The notes beneath the pieces are model-generated. The model was not told the DNA's origin. It saw nothing but the letters and a program-made list of their open reading frames with translations, and searched no databases. DNA of 64,000 nt from Phreatobacter sp. (GTDB lineage: Bacteria > Pseudomonadota > Alphaproteobacteria > Rhizobiales > Phreatobacteraceae): positions 1,583 to 65,582 of the forward strand of contig JBQVQL010000013.1 of NCBI GenBank assembly GCA_052440005.1, in the 5' to 3' direction. Position numbers and translations under genes: made by a program. This document shows positions 27,286-36,687 of the stretch, one piece after another. Position 1 is the stretch's first letter; each line of letters starts with the position of its first letter.

Positions 27286-28131
27286 ATGCGCACAAGGTCC
27301 CTCGCCGCCTCCGGCCTCGGCTTCCAGATCTTCCGTCATGCGGTGCTCGGCCTCGGCGCGGTGCTGATGCTGGCCCCCTTCGTCATCATGGTCTCGGTGA
27401 GCCTCAAGCCCTCGGGCGAGATCTTCTCGCCGGAGTTCAGCCTGCTGCCGAAACAGTGGCACGCCTGGCAGAACTATACCGACGCCTTCACCAAGCAGCC
27501 GCTGGCCCGCTACATCCTGAACGGCTTCATCGTCACCGGCGCCATCTTCACCTGCCAGCTCCTGACCGCCCTGCCCTGCGCCTATGCGCTGGCCAAGCTG
27601 CGCTGGCGCGGCAAGGAGACGATGTTCCTGCTGGTGCTGCTCGGCCTCCTGATCCCGCCGCAGGTCACCGCCATCCCGCTCTATATCCTGCTCTGGCAGC
27701 TCGGCCTCCTGAACAGCTATGCCGCCGTCATCCTGCCCTCGACCATCTCGGTCTTCGGCATCTTCCTGCTCAGGCAGTTCTTCCTCACCGTCCCCGACGA
27801 CCTCATCAACGCGGCCCGGCTCGACGGGCTCGGCGAGTTCGCCATCGTCTGGCGCATCATGATGCCGACCGCGATGCCGGCAGTGGTCGCCTTCGGCGTG
27901 CTGTCGCTGGTGTGGAACTGGAACGAGTTCTTCTGGCCGCTGATCGTCATCCAGTCGGAGCACCTCGCGACGCCGCCGCTCGGGGTCGTCTACTTCGCCA
28001 ACGCCGAGGCCGGGACGAACTACGGCCCGCTCATGGCCGCCGCCACCGCCATCACCGCCCCCCTCGTCATCGCCTTCCTCGCTGCCCAGCGCTGGTTCAT
28101 CGACGGCGTCACCATGACCGCCGTCAAGTGA
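27286..28131 (+). CDS. ABC transporter permease (UgpE/MalG-type)
   Basis: 281 aa, 6 TM. EAA-loop-like DDLINAARLDGLGEFAIVWRIMMP. Confidence 0.9.
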   Translation: MRTRSLAASGLGFQIFRHAVLGLGAVLMLAPFVIMVSVSLKPSGEIFSPEFSLLPKQWHAWQNYTDAFTKQPLARYILNGFIVTGAIFTCQLLTALPCAYALAKLRWRGKETMFLLVLLGLLIPPQVTAIPLYILLWQLGLLNSYAAVILPSTISVFGIFLLRQFFLTVPDDLINAARLDGLGEFAIVWRIMMPTAMPAVVAFGVLSLVWNWNEFFWPLIVIQSEHLATPPLGVVYFANAEAGTNYGPLMAAATAITAPLVIAFLAAQRWFIDGVTMTAVK

Positions 28132-28154
28132 TCTCGACCCACCGGAGACCGACC

Positions 28155-29018
28155 ATGACCCTCATCGACCGCCGCCTCCTCCTCGCCGCCGCCGGCGCCA
28201 CGCTGGCCGCCCCGGCGCTCGCGCAGGGCCGCCCGACGCTGAAGATCGGCCTCGGGCCGCAGCAGCCGACCCAGGCCGACACCCGCCGCGTCTGGGAGCC
28301 GGTCTACAAGGCCGTCGCCGAGAAGGTCGGCGCCAATCTCGAGCTGCAGGTCGCCAACGACTGGGCCGGCATCGCCACCGCGCTCGCCAACGAGCAGATC
28401 GACGTCGCCCAGATGGGCCCCTGGGGCTACATCCTCGCCAAGGTCCGCGGCGAGGCGCGCATCATCAACACGATGCTGGTCAACGGCATCCCGACCTACA
28501 AGGCCATCATCGTCGCCCGCCCGGGCCTGACGGTCGCGAAGTTCCCGGAGGACGCGCGCGGCAAGTCGATGCAGATGCTCGACGTCGGCTCGACCTCGGG
28601 CTGGCTGGTGCCGACCCATTTCCTGCGTTCCAAGGGCATCGAGCCGAAGAGCTTCTTCGGCCGCTACGCCGAGGGCGCCTCCGCCGCCGCTGCCCAGATG
28701 GCGACCGTCAACGGCCAGGTGGATCTCGCCACGGGATGGGACACCCACCGCAACACGATGATCCGCAACGGCACCATCCAGCCGACCTCCAACACGGTCG
28801 TCTGGGAATCCGACCCGCTGCCGAACGAGTGCGTGGTGGTCTCGAAGAGCTTCCCGCAGGACCGCGCGGCCGCCCTCGGCGCCGCTCTCGCCGGGCTCTC
28901 CGACGACGAGAAGAAGCTGCTGCCTTGGCCCTACACGGGCTTCGTGCCGGCCACCCACCAGCCCTACGAGGGCCTCGAGAAGATGGGCCGCGACCTCGGC
29001 GCGATCCGGACCTCGTGA
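28155..29018 (+). CDS. phnD: phosphonate/phosphite ABC transporter substrate-binding protein PhnD
   Basis: Start re-picked at ATG 28155. Tat-like signal MTLIDRRLLLAAAGATLAAPALAQG. PhnD-like core (LKIGLGPQQ..., STSGWLVPTHFL). Confidence 0.85.
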   Translation: MTLIDRRLLLAAAGATLAAPALAQGRPTLKIGLGPQQPTQADTRRVWEPVYKAVAEKVGANLELQVANDWAGIATALANEQIDVAQMGPWGYILAKVRGEARIINTMLVNGIPTYKAIIVARPGLTVAKFPEDARGKSMQMLDVGSTSGWLVPTHFLRSKGIEPKSFFGRYAEGASAAAAQMATVNGQVDLATGWDTHRNTMIRNGTIQPTSNTVVWESDPLPNECVVVSKSFPQDRAAALGAALAGLSDDEKKLLPWPYTGFVPATHQPYEGLEKMGRDLGAIRTS

Positions 29019-29848
29019 CCGTGGCGAGGCCCACCCTGCCGATCCGGCGCGCCGACGGCTCCTATCAGGAGCCGCCGGTCGCCCTCCTGTCGCGCGAAAG
29101 CGTGACGCGGGCGGCCGTGGTCCTCGCCGTCCTCGCCTTCGTGCTCGCATCCGTGCGCATCGCCGAAGTGGACCCGGCGAAGCTCGTGACGGGCCTGCCG
29201 CGGCTCTGGGCCTGGGCCTCGACGGCCTGGCCGCCCTATACGGGCGACTTCGACGCCTTCCTCTACCGGGCCCTGGAAACGGTGGCGATCGCCACGGTCG
29301 GCACGGCGGTGGCGACCGTGCTCGCCTTCCCGCTATCGGTGTTCATCGCCCGCAACGTCACGCCCTCGCCGCTGCTGTCGATCCCGGTCCGCGCGGTGGT
29401 CAACGCCTTCCGCGGCATCGACACGGTGGTCTTCGCCATCCTCTTTGTCGCGGCCGTGGGTCTCGGGCCCTTCGCCGGCGTGCTCGGCATGATCGTCCAT
29501 TCCCTCGGCGTCATCGCCAAGCTCAATGCCGAGGCGATCGAGACCATCCCGCCGGCACCGCTGGAGGCCGCGGCCCTTTCCGGCGCCAACCGCACCAAGG
29601 TCGTCACCTACGCCATGCTGCCGACCGTGCTGCCGAACCTTGCCTCGGTGTCGCTCTATGTGTGGGAAGCCAATGTCCGCACCTCGACCATCCTCGGCAT
29701 CGTCGGAGCGGGGGGCATCGGCATCGAGATCAAGGCGGCGATCGACCTCCTCGACTTCCAGAAGCTGCTGACCCTTTCGGCCATCGTGCTGGTGATGGTG
29801 ACCGCCATCGACCAGTTCTCGGCCTGGCTGCGCCGGAGGCTCGTCTGA
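29015..29848 (+). CDS. phnE: phosphonate ABC transporter permease PhnE
   Basis: GTG 29015 overlaps the phnD stop (GTGA). PhnE-like motifs ETVAIATVGT and EAAALSGANRTKVVTYAMLP. Confidence 0.85.
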   Translation: MTVARPTLPIRRADGSYQEPPVALLSRESVTRAAVVLAVLAFVLASVRIAEVDPAKLVTGLPRLWAWASTAWPPYTGDFDAFLYRALETVAIATVGTAVATVLAFPLSVFIARNVTPSPLLSIPVRAVVNAFRGIDTVVFAILFVAAVGLGPFAGVLGMIVHSLGVIAKLNAEAIETIPPAPLEAAALSGANRTKVVTYAMLPTVLPNLASVSLYVWEANVRTSTILGIVGAGGIGIEIKAAIDLLDFQKLLTLSAIVLVMVTAIDQFSAWLRRRLV

Positions 29849-30654
29849 TGGCCCCGGTGCTGAGCCTCAATGGCGTGTCCAAGACCTATGGGGCGACGAC
29901 CGCCCTCGCGCAGGTGTCCTTCTCCCTCGCGCCCGGCGAGGTCGTCGCGCTGGTCGGTCCGTCGGGCGCCGGCAAGTCGACGGTATTCCGCTGCGTGACG
30001 CGCCTCGTTGCGCCCGACAGCGGCAGCGTCTCGGTGCTCGGCCGCGACCTTTCAGGCCTCGGCGGGCGGGATCTGCGCGAGGCGCGGCGCGACATCGGCC
30101 TCATCTTCCAGCAGTTCAACCTGATCGGCCGCATGTCGGCGCTGGACAACGTGCTGGCGGGGCGCATGGGGCATGTCGCGACATGGCGGGTGGTCGCCCG
30201 GATGTTCCCCGCCGCCGACCGGCAACTCGCCCTCGCCTGCCTCGACCGGGTGGGACTCCTCGACAAGGCCTATCAGCGCGCCGATTCCCTGTCAGGGGGC
30301 CAGCAGCAGCGCGTCGCCATCGCGCGGGTGCTGGCGCAACGTTCGCGGGTGCTGCTCGCCGACGAGCCCGTCTCGAGCCTCGACCCGAAGGCCGCCGACA
30401 CGGTGCTCGGCGTGCTGCGCACCGTGGCCCGGGAGAACGGCATCGCGGTCCTCTGCTCGCTGCACCAGGTCGACCTCGCGCGCCGCTTCGCCGACCGGGT
30501 CGTCGCGCTGCGCGGCGGCCGGGTCGTGCTCGACGCACCCGCCGGCGCCCTGACGCCCGCCGCCTTCGCCGACATCTACGGCACCCCCGAGCCGCCGCCC
30601 GGCGGCGCAGCCCTTTCATCCTGCGAGGCGCCCCCGCGCATCGCAGCCGCCTGA
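29848..30654 (+). CDS. phnC: phosphonate ABC transporter ATP-binding protein PhnC
   Basis: ATG 29848 overlaps the phnE stop. Walker A GPSGAGKST, IGLIFQQFNLI, signature LSGGQQQR, Walker B LLADEPVSSLD. Confidence 0.85.
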   Translation: MAPVLSLNGVSKTYGATTALAQVSFSLAPGEVVALVGPSGAGKSTVFRCVTRLVAPDSGSVSVLGRDLSGLGGRDLREARRDIGLIFQQFNLIGRMSALDNVLAGRMGHVATWRVVARMFPAADRQLALACLDRVGLLDKAYQRADSLSGGQQQRVAIARVLAQRSRVLLADEPVSSLDPKAADTVLGVLRTVARENGIAVLCSLHQVDLARRFADRVVALRGGRVVLDAPAGALTPAAFADIYGTPEPPPGGAALSSCEAPPRIAAA

Positions 30655-30690
30655 CGCATGCCCTCTCCTCACCGACCCCGGAGCCTTCCG

Positions 30691-31983
30691 ATGACGACGT
30701 CCCGCCGCACATTCCTGACCACGACGGCCGCGCTGGCCGGTTCCGTCGCGATGCCCTCCTACCTTCGCGCCCAGTCGACGCCGGTGGAGCTGCAGGTGCA
30801 GTACTCCATCCCGGTCCTCTTCAAGGACCTGATGGAGAAGATCGCGACCGACTTCCAGAAGGCCAACCCGACCATCAAGGTGACGCTGCGCGCCCCGGAG
30901 GTCGGCTATGAGGAAATCCTCCAGCGGAACCTCCGCGACGTCGTCACCAACAGCCTGCCGGACGTCGCCTTCCACGGCCTGAACCGCCAGCGCACGCTCG
31001 ACGAGCGCCGCATCCCCGTCGACCTGAAGCCCTTCATGGACGCCGACCCAGAGACCGCATCGCTCGGCTTCTCGCCCTCGCTGCTCTCGCTTGGCCAGAC
31101 CGGCACGAAGCAGACCGGCATCGGCTTCGCCATGTCGACGCCGATCCTCTACTACAACGTCGACCTCCTGAAGGCCGCGGGCGGCGATCCGGACAAGCTG
31201 CCGACGACCTGGGACGAGGTGATCCGCCTCGCCGCCGCCATCTCCGCCCCGGCGCAGAATCGCACCGGCCTGTTCTACGACTGGACCATCACCGGCAACT
31301 GGGCCTGGCAGGCCCTCGTCATGTCCCATGGCGGCACCATGCTGAACGCAGACGAGAGCCGCGTCGCCTTCGCCGACGAGCCGGGCGAGAAGGCGATCCG
31401 CGTGCTGCGAAAGATGGTGGACGAGGGCAAGATGCCCGACATCCGCCCCGACACGGCCTTCCAGGACTTCTTCTCCGGCCGCCTCGGCATGTCGATGCAG
31501 TCCACCGCCCAGCTCGGCCGCTACAACCGCGAGATCGGCGGGCGTTTCAAGCTGGTCTGCGGTCGCTTCCCGCTGTCGGCCGCCAATCCGCGCCTGCCGG
31601 CCGGCGGCAACGTCGCGATGATGTTTGCCAAGGACCGCGCCAAGCAGGAAGCGGCCTGGAAGTTCATCAAATACGCCACCGGCCCCATCGGCGCGACGGC
31701 GATGGTCAACGCCACCGGCTACATGCCGGGCACCACCATTCCGGCGGAACGCGAGGACCTGCTCGGCAAGTTCTACCGTGACAACCCGAACCACCTCGTC
31801 GCCATCCGCCAGCAGGACGTGATCAACGGCTGGTACGCCTTCCCCGGCCAGAACGCCCTGCGCATCACCGACGTCATCAACGATCACCTGCAGTCGGTGG
31901 TGAACCGCTCCAAGCCGGCCGACGAGGCGCTGAAGGCCATGGCCGCCGCCGTGCAGCCGCTGCTGCCGCGCCGCGCCAGCTGA
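30691..31983 (+). CDS. ABC transporter substrate-binding protein (family 1, UgpB-like), paralogue 1
   Basis: Tat-like signal MTTSRRTFLTTTAALAGS. Shares PDVAFHGLNR and WYAFPGQN blocks with the binding proteins at 35322-37962. Confidence 0.85.
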   Translation: MTTSRRTFLTTTAALAGSVAMPSYLRAQSTPVELQVQYSIPVLFKDLMEKIATDFQKANPTIKVTLRAPEVGYEEILQRNLRDVVTNSLPDVAFHGLNRQRTLDERRIPVDLKPFMDADPETASLGFSPSLLSLGQTGTKQTGIGFAMSTPILYYNVDLLKAAGGDPDKLPTTWDEVIRLAAAISAPAQNRTGLFYDWTITGNWAWQALVMSHGGTMLNADESRVAFADEPGEKAIRVLRKMVDEGKMPDIRPDTAFQDFFSGRLGMSMQSTAQLGRYNREIGGRFKLVCGRFPLSAANPRLPAGGNVAMMFAKDRAKQEAAWKFIKYATGPIGATAMVNATGYMPGTTIPAEREDLLGKFYRDNPNHLVAIRQQDVINGWYAFPGQNALRITDVINDHLQSVVNRSKPADEALKAMAAAVQPLLPRRAS

Positions 31984-32067
31984 CGCCTGCCGATGCCGAT
32001 CCGGCCCGTCCCGCCACCGGCGGGGCGGGCCTTTGCCTTTGCCGCTTCCACCCCGAGGATCCCCTCC

Positions 32068-32937
32068 ATGTCCCGCGCCGCCCGCATCTGCATCGTCACC
32101 GACATCCACCACGGCAAGCCGTCGTTCTCGAAGGCCGGGCCGGCCGCGCTGGGCCTGTTGGAGGAGTTCCGCCGCTTCGTCGCGGAAACCCGTCCCGACC
32201 TCGTGCTGGATCTCGGCGACCGCATCTCCGACGAGGCCCGCGACAGCGATCTCGCGCTCGAGCGCGAGGTGGCGGAGGCCTTCGCCCCCATCGCCGCGCC
32301 GCGCTTCCATCTCGACGGCAACCACGACCGCGACTACCTCGCGGTGGCGGACAACGACGCCATCCTCGGCCGCAGCGCCGGCCACGAGACGGTGGACGTC
32401 GGCGACTGGCGGTTGGTGGTCTGGCGCGCCGACGCCAAGCTCCACCGGCCCCAGGGCTTCGCCCTGCAGGACGCCGATCTCGCCTGGCTGGCGGCGACCA
32501 TCGCAGTCGCCGACCGGCCGCTCGCCATCGTCAGCCACGTGCCCGTGTCGGGCCATTCGCAGGTCGGCAACTACTGGTTCGAGAACAACGCCCGCTTCTC
32601 GACCTACCCGACGGCCGAGCGCGTGCGCGCCGTGCTGCGCACCGCCAGGGTCCCGGTCATCTGGATCTCCGGCCACGTCCACTGGAACACGCTGACCATG
32701 GTGGACGGCATCGCCCACATCACCCTGCAGTCGCTCACCGAGACCTTCACCACGGCGGGCGAGCCGGCCGGCGCCTTCGCGCTGGTCGAGCTCTCGGACG
32801 AGGTGCTGTGGCGGGTGCACGGGACCGACGGCTTCGCCTGGTCCGCCCGCACGGAGGCCCTGGCCCGCCGCTGGTTGTCCCCGTTGCCCGATTTCCGCGA
32901 GGTTGTCGGCAGCAAGATGCACCAGGCGGCGGAGTAG
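32068..32937 (+). CDS. metallophosphoesterase (calcineurin-like)
   Basis: Start re-picked at ATG 32068. Motifs in order: VTDIHHG, LGDRISD, GNHD, SHVP, GHVH. Confidence 0.85.
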   Translation: MSRAARICIVTDIHHGKPSFSKAGPAALGLLEEFRRFVAETRPDLVLDLGDRISDEARDSDLALEREVAEAFAPIAAPRFHLDGNHDRDYLAVADNDAILGRSAGHETVDVGDWRLVVWRADAKLHRPQGFALQDADLAWLAATIAVADRPLAIVSHVPVSGHSQVGNYWFENNARFSTYPTAERVRAVLRTARVPVIWISGHVHWNTLTMVDGIAHITLQSLTETFTTAGEPAGAFALVELSDEVLWRVHGTDGFAWSARTEALARRWLSPLPDFREVVGSKMHQAAE

Positions 32938-33079
32938 GCTGGAAGGCGACGGCGGAGGGAAGCTCAGGTACGCCCTCGGGCGTATGACGGAGGATGCGCG
33001 CGGCGGCGCCGTGTCGAATTGGCGAAGGTCCGCCCGTCATGGGTTCGGAGGCTCGTCTGGAGCCTCTCACAGAAGCCCG

Positions 33080-33679
33080 ATGGAGACCCTCATGTCCCGC
33101 CTTCTCCCCCTTGCGGCCGGCCTCGTGGCCCTCGCCGCCCTCCCCGCCCTCGCCGGCGACCGGTTCGGCCCGCGCACCGAGATCGAACGCCTGTCCGGCA
33201 CCTATGCCAGCACCGGACCGGAGCCCTGGTACGGCGGCTATGGCACGCGTCGCTTCACCTTCGAGAACGGCCGGTGGAGCCTCGTCTTCACCCATGCGCT
33301 CGATCCGGAGATGCGGCGTCCGACCTTCGCCTTCCGCACCTACGGCCCCTACCGGATCGGCACGGCCTCGCGCGCCGTTCCCGGCGCCTACGAGGGCATC
33401 TTCACCGAAGAAACGAAACGCGTCACGCTGCTGACCGAGGACCCGGCCATCGTCCAGGCCTTCGGCTTCGCCTCTTGCGGGCTGAAGTTCAACGTCGAGG
33501 TGGACATCTCCGCGACCGGCTGCGCCGGCTGGAAGCCGGTGTCGGTCTGCCCGGACGACCACGACCTCATCGCCATCGATGCAGCCGGGCTCTACTTTGG
33601 CGTCAGGCCGCGCGACAACGACATGTGCACCGCCGAGCGTCGCCCGACGGCGCTGCTCATGCCTGTCGTCCGGCAGTGA
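33080..33679 (+). CDS. secreted Cys-containing hypothetical protein (possible APCDD1-like domain)
   Basis: Signal peptide MSRLLPLAAGLVALAALPALAG (ATG 33080 or 33092). Mature part has 4 Cys and blocks TRRFTFENGRW, TFAFRTYGPY, CGLKF, TGCAGW, ERRPT reminiscent of the APCDD1 domain. From memory and unverified. Confidence 0.6.
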   Translation: METLMSRLLPLAAGLVALAALPALAGDRFGPRTEIERLSGTYASTGPEPWYGGYGTRRFTFENGRWSLVFTHALDPEMRRPTFAFRTYGPYRIGTASRAVPGAYEGIFTEETKRVTLLTEDPAIVQAFGFASCGLKFNVEVDISATGCAGWKPVSVCPDDHDLIAIDAAGLYFGVRPRDNDMCTAERRPTALLMPVVRQ

Positions 33680-33690
33680 GGGAGAGAGCG

Positions 33691-34035
33691 ATGCGCTTCG
33701 CCATTCTGAACTACGTCCACCCCGACGGCTTCGCCGACCGCCGCCCCGACAACGCCCCGGACGGGCCTGCCTGGGGTGCCTATACCAAGGCACTCATCGA
33801 GGCCGGGGTGCTGGTCGGCGGTGCGGCCCTGCTGCCGGCCCATTCGGCGACGACCCTGCGTCTCGTCGAGGGCCGGCGCGATATCCATGACGGTCCCTAT
33901 GCCGAGACGAAGGAGCAACTCGGCGGCTTCTACCTCATCGAGGTGCCCGACATCGACACGGCGCTGGAATGGGCGGCCCGCAACCCGGCCGCGGTTACCG
34001 GCGCCGTCGAGGTGCGGCCCGTGCTCGCGACGTGA
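33691..34035 (+). CDS. YciI-family (YCII/DGPF domain) protein
   Basis: ATG 33691 preceded by GGGAGAGAG. MRFAILNY...HDGPYAETKEQLGGFYLIEV...AVEVRPV is the typical YCII pattern. Confidence 0.8.
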   Translation: MRFAILNYVHPDGFADRRPDNAPDGPAWGAYTKALIEAGVLVGGAALLPAHSATTLRLVEGRRDIHDGPYAETKEQLGGFYLIEVPDIDTALEWAARNPAAVTGAVEVRPVLAT

Positions 34036-34039
34036 CGCC

Positions 34040-35344
34040 ATGACGGACACGGCCTCCACGGCGGTCGAGCGGGCGGCGCGCCTGTCCTACGGACGGCTGC
34101 TCTCTCTCCTCGCCGCGCGCGGCCGTGACCTCGCCGCCGCCGAGGATGCCCTCGGCGGTGCGCTGCTCCGGGCGCTCGAGACCTGGCCGGTCTCGGGCGT
34201 TCCGGACAATCCCGACGCCTGGCTCCTCGCTGCCGCCCGCCGCATCGCGGTGGACGCTTGGCGGCGGCAGGCGACGGCCGGCGCGCTCCGTGCAGAGGTC
34301 GCCCTCCTCGATGAGGAACGGCTCGCGCGGCAGGACGGACCGCTTCCCGACCGGCGGCTGTCCTTGATGCTCGCCTGCGCCCATCCCGCCATCGATGCGG
34401 CCATCCGCACGCCGCTCATGATGCAGATCATCCTCGGCATCGAGGTGCGCAGGATGGCCTCGGCCTTCCTTCTCAAGCCGGCGACCCTGGCCCAGGGCCT
34501 GGTGCGGGCGAAGGCGCGCATCCGCGACTTGGGTCTCGGTTTCGAGCTGCCCGGCGCAGACGTGCTGCCGGAGCGGATCGACGCGGTCCTCGATGCCATC
34601 TACGCCGCCTACACGCTCGGCTGGGACGATGACTTCGCCGCCGACGATGCGCGCGGCGATCTCACGGAAGAGGGCTGCTGGCTGGGGCGCATCGTCGCCG
34701 AACTCGCACCCGACCATGCCGAGGCGAATGCGCTTCTGGCGCTGCTCCTGTTCTCCGAAGCGCGCAAACCGGCGCGCCGCGACCGGGCGAGCGGAGCCTT
34801 CGTACCCTTGTCCGAGCAGGACCCGGACGACTGGAACGCGGCGCTGTTGGCGGAGGCCGAGGAGCGCCTGCGGCGGGCGAGGCCCGGCGAAGCTCCGGGC
34901 CGCTACGGACTTGAGGCGGCGATCCAGTCGGTCCATGCCGATCGTCGCCGGACAGGGCGCACCGACTGGCGCGCGGTCGAACACCTTTACCGCGGCCTCG
35001 TCGCGCGGGTCCCCGCCATCGGCGCCCGCATCGGCCACGCCGCCGCGCTCGCCGAATGCGACGGGCCGGCGGCAGGACTGGAGGCGCTGGACAGGATCGC
35101 CATGGACGGGATCGCCACGCACCAACCCTATTGGGCGACGCGGGCCCATCTCCTCGCCGCCCTCGGCCGCGAGAGCGAGGCGCGGGGGGCCTACGAGCGG
35201 GCCATCGGCCTCAGCCGCGACCCTGCCGTGCGACAGTTCCTGGCGGAGAGAACCGGGCGCACCGCGCAGCCCTCCACCGAACCCGCCCGGCTGGCGCCGG
35301 GCGGGTTCGAACAGGCTGCGATCAGCCCTGGCGACGCGGAATGA
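34040..35344 (+). CDS. ECF-type RNA polymerase sigma factor with a long C-terminal (DUF6596/TPR-like) extension
   Basis: ATG 34040 lies 4 nt after yciI. Sigma region 2-like PDAWLLAAARRIAVDAWRR and region 4-like EVRRMASAFLLKPATLAQGLVRAKARIRD. This is the usual partner of YciI-like genes. Confidence 0.8.
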   Translation: MTDTASTAVERAARLSYGRLLSLLAARGRDLAAAEDALGGALLRALETWPVSGVPDNPDAWLLAAARRIAVDAWRRQATAGALRAEVALLDEERLARQDGPLPDRRLSLMLACAHPAIDAAIRTPLMMQIILGIEVRRMASAFLLKPATLAQGLVRAKARIRDLGLGFELPGADVLPERIDAVLDAIYAAYTLGWDDDFAADDARGDLTEEGCWLGRIVAELAPDHAEANALLALLLFSEARKPARRDRASGAFVPLSEQDPDDWNAALLAEAEERLRRARPGEAPGRYGLEAAIQSVHADRRRTGRTDWRAVEHLYRGLVARVPAIGARIGHAAALAECDGPAAGLEALDRIAMDGIATHQPYWATRAHLLAALGRESEARGAYERAIGLSRDPAVRQFLAERTGRTAQPSTEPARLAPGGFEQAAISPGDAE

Positions 35345-36611
35345 GACGCGTGACCTCGCGCGACATGTCGCGCAGGACCTCGTCCGGGGAAGCCTTCTGC
35401 TCGACGATGCGGGCGAGATTGTCGACCATGACCTGGGTGACGCGCACCGAGTTCTGGCCCGGGAAGGCGTACCACGGGATCATCAGGTGGACCTGCTTCG
35501 TCGCCGCCTGGAACAGCGGGTTCGCCTTGTAGAACTCGCCGAGATAGGCGGGATCGTCGATGGCGAGCTGGTTGCAGGGCACGTAGCCGGTGTTCTTCGC
35601 CATCAGCGTCGTGCCCTCGGCGGAGGTTGCGAACTTGATGAACTCCCAGGCCGCGGCCTGACGGGCCGGGTCCTTGGCGGTCATCATGGCGCCGGCGCCG
35701 CCGGTGGGCAGGCGGCCCTTCACGGGATCGATGACCGGCAGGGTGGTGGTCTGCATCTCGAAGTTGCTGCCGACCATGCCGGAGACCTGGCGCACCTGCG
35801 CCGTGGTGCGGAACATCATGCCCATCTTGCCGGCGCCGAAGGACTGCAGGTCGGCATTGCCGGTGAGGTTCGGCATCTTGCCTTCCTTGACCATGCGGTC
35901 GAGCAGCCGCAGCGCGGCGAGACCCTCGGCGCCGTCGAAGGCGACCTTCGTCTCGTCCTCGGTCAGCATGCGGCCGCCGAAGCCGTAGAGCAGCGCCGAG
36001 AACATCCAGTCGTCGCCCGGCCAGCGGAAGAACATGCCGGTATTGCCGTCGCCGAGGGCGGCGATCTTCGCGGACAGGGCAATGACGTCGTCCCAGTTCT
36101 TCGGGAAGGTTTCGGCGCTGGCGCCGACCTTCTTCAGGAGATCGACGTTCATGTAGCTGATCGGGTTCGAGGTGGCGAAGGCGAGGCCGCACTGCACGCC
36201 GCCATGGTGGCCGAGGCCGAGGATGGGCCGGGAGTAGCCGATCTTCGCGAGGTCGCCCTCACGATCGAGGAAGGGCTTCAGGTCGGCGGCGATCGACCGC
36301 TCGGCGAAGAGGCGCAGGCGGTTGAGGCCCTGGAACGAGACGTCCGGCAGGCCGCCGGTGGTCGCCTGACGCAGGACGAGCTGGGCACCGTCCTCGTACG
36401 TGGGCGTCGGATTGACATAGGTGACCTTCACCTTGTCGCTCTTCTTGTTGAAGGCTTCGGCAACGGCCTCCATGGCGGCCTTGAAGATGGGCGGCATGGA
36501 ATAGTGAGCGACGACCTCGACGGTCTGCGCGCGCACGACGTTCGGCATCGCGATGGCGGCGGCGCCGGCCATGAGGCCGAGCGTCGAGCGGCGGGTGAGT
36601 TTGGTGGACAT
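35322..36611 (-). CDS. ABC transporter substrate-binding protein (family 1), paralogue 3
   Basis: Start re-picked at ATG 36611. Tat-like signal MSTKLTRRSTLGLMAGAAAIAMP. PDVSFQGLNR and WYAFPGQN blocks. Confidence 0.85.
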   Translation of the reverse strand: MSTKLTRRSTLGLMAGAAAIAMPNVVRAQTVEVVAHYSMPPIFKAAMEAVAEAFNKKSDKVKVTYVNPTPTYEDGAQLVLRQATTGGLPDVSFQGLNRLRLFAERSIAADLKPFLDREGDLAKIGYSRPILGLGHHGGVQCGLAFATSNPISYMNVDLLKKVGASAETFPKNWDDVIALSAKIAALGDGNTGMFFRWPGDDWMFSALLYGFGGRMLTEDETKVAFDGAEGLAALRLLDRMVKEGKMPNLTGNADLQSFGAGKMGMMFRTTAQVRQVSGMVGSNFEMQTTTLPVIDPVKGRLPTGGAGAMMTAKDPARQAAAWEFIKFATSAEGTTLMAKNTGYVPCNQLAIDDPAYLGEFYKANPLFQAATKQVHLMIPWYAFPGQNSVRVTQVMVDNLARIVEQKASPDEVLRDMSREVTRLIPRRQG

Positions 36612-36687
36612 GACAACCTCGGTTCCGGGGCTGGTCTGAACAAGATCCCCGCCGGCCGGCCCCTCCGGCCCGCGGGGCATGAGGGGA

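Noticed and set aside
26299-27963. 554-aa ORF antisense to the two ABC permease genes
   Set aside because: The composition is Arg/Gly/Glu/Asp/His/Pro-rich low complexity with no motif. It lies opposite ORFs with clear permease features, which is a typical shadow ORF in high-GC DNA.
24365-30654. Calling the locus a phosphonate catabolism (C-P lyase) cluster
   Set aside because: Only the regulator and transporter components (phnF, phnDEC) are present. No phnGHIJKLMNP, phnX/W or ptxD/htxA-like genes are in the window.
30616-32922. 768-aa ORF antisense to the binding-protein and metallophosphoesterase genes
   Set aside because: Same high-GC antisense artefact. No recognisable domain, and the sense-strand genes have strong family motifs and operon-style junctions.
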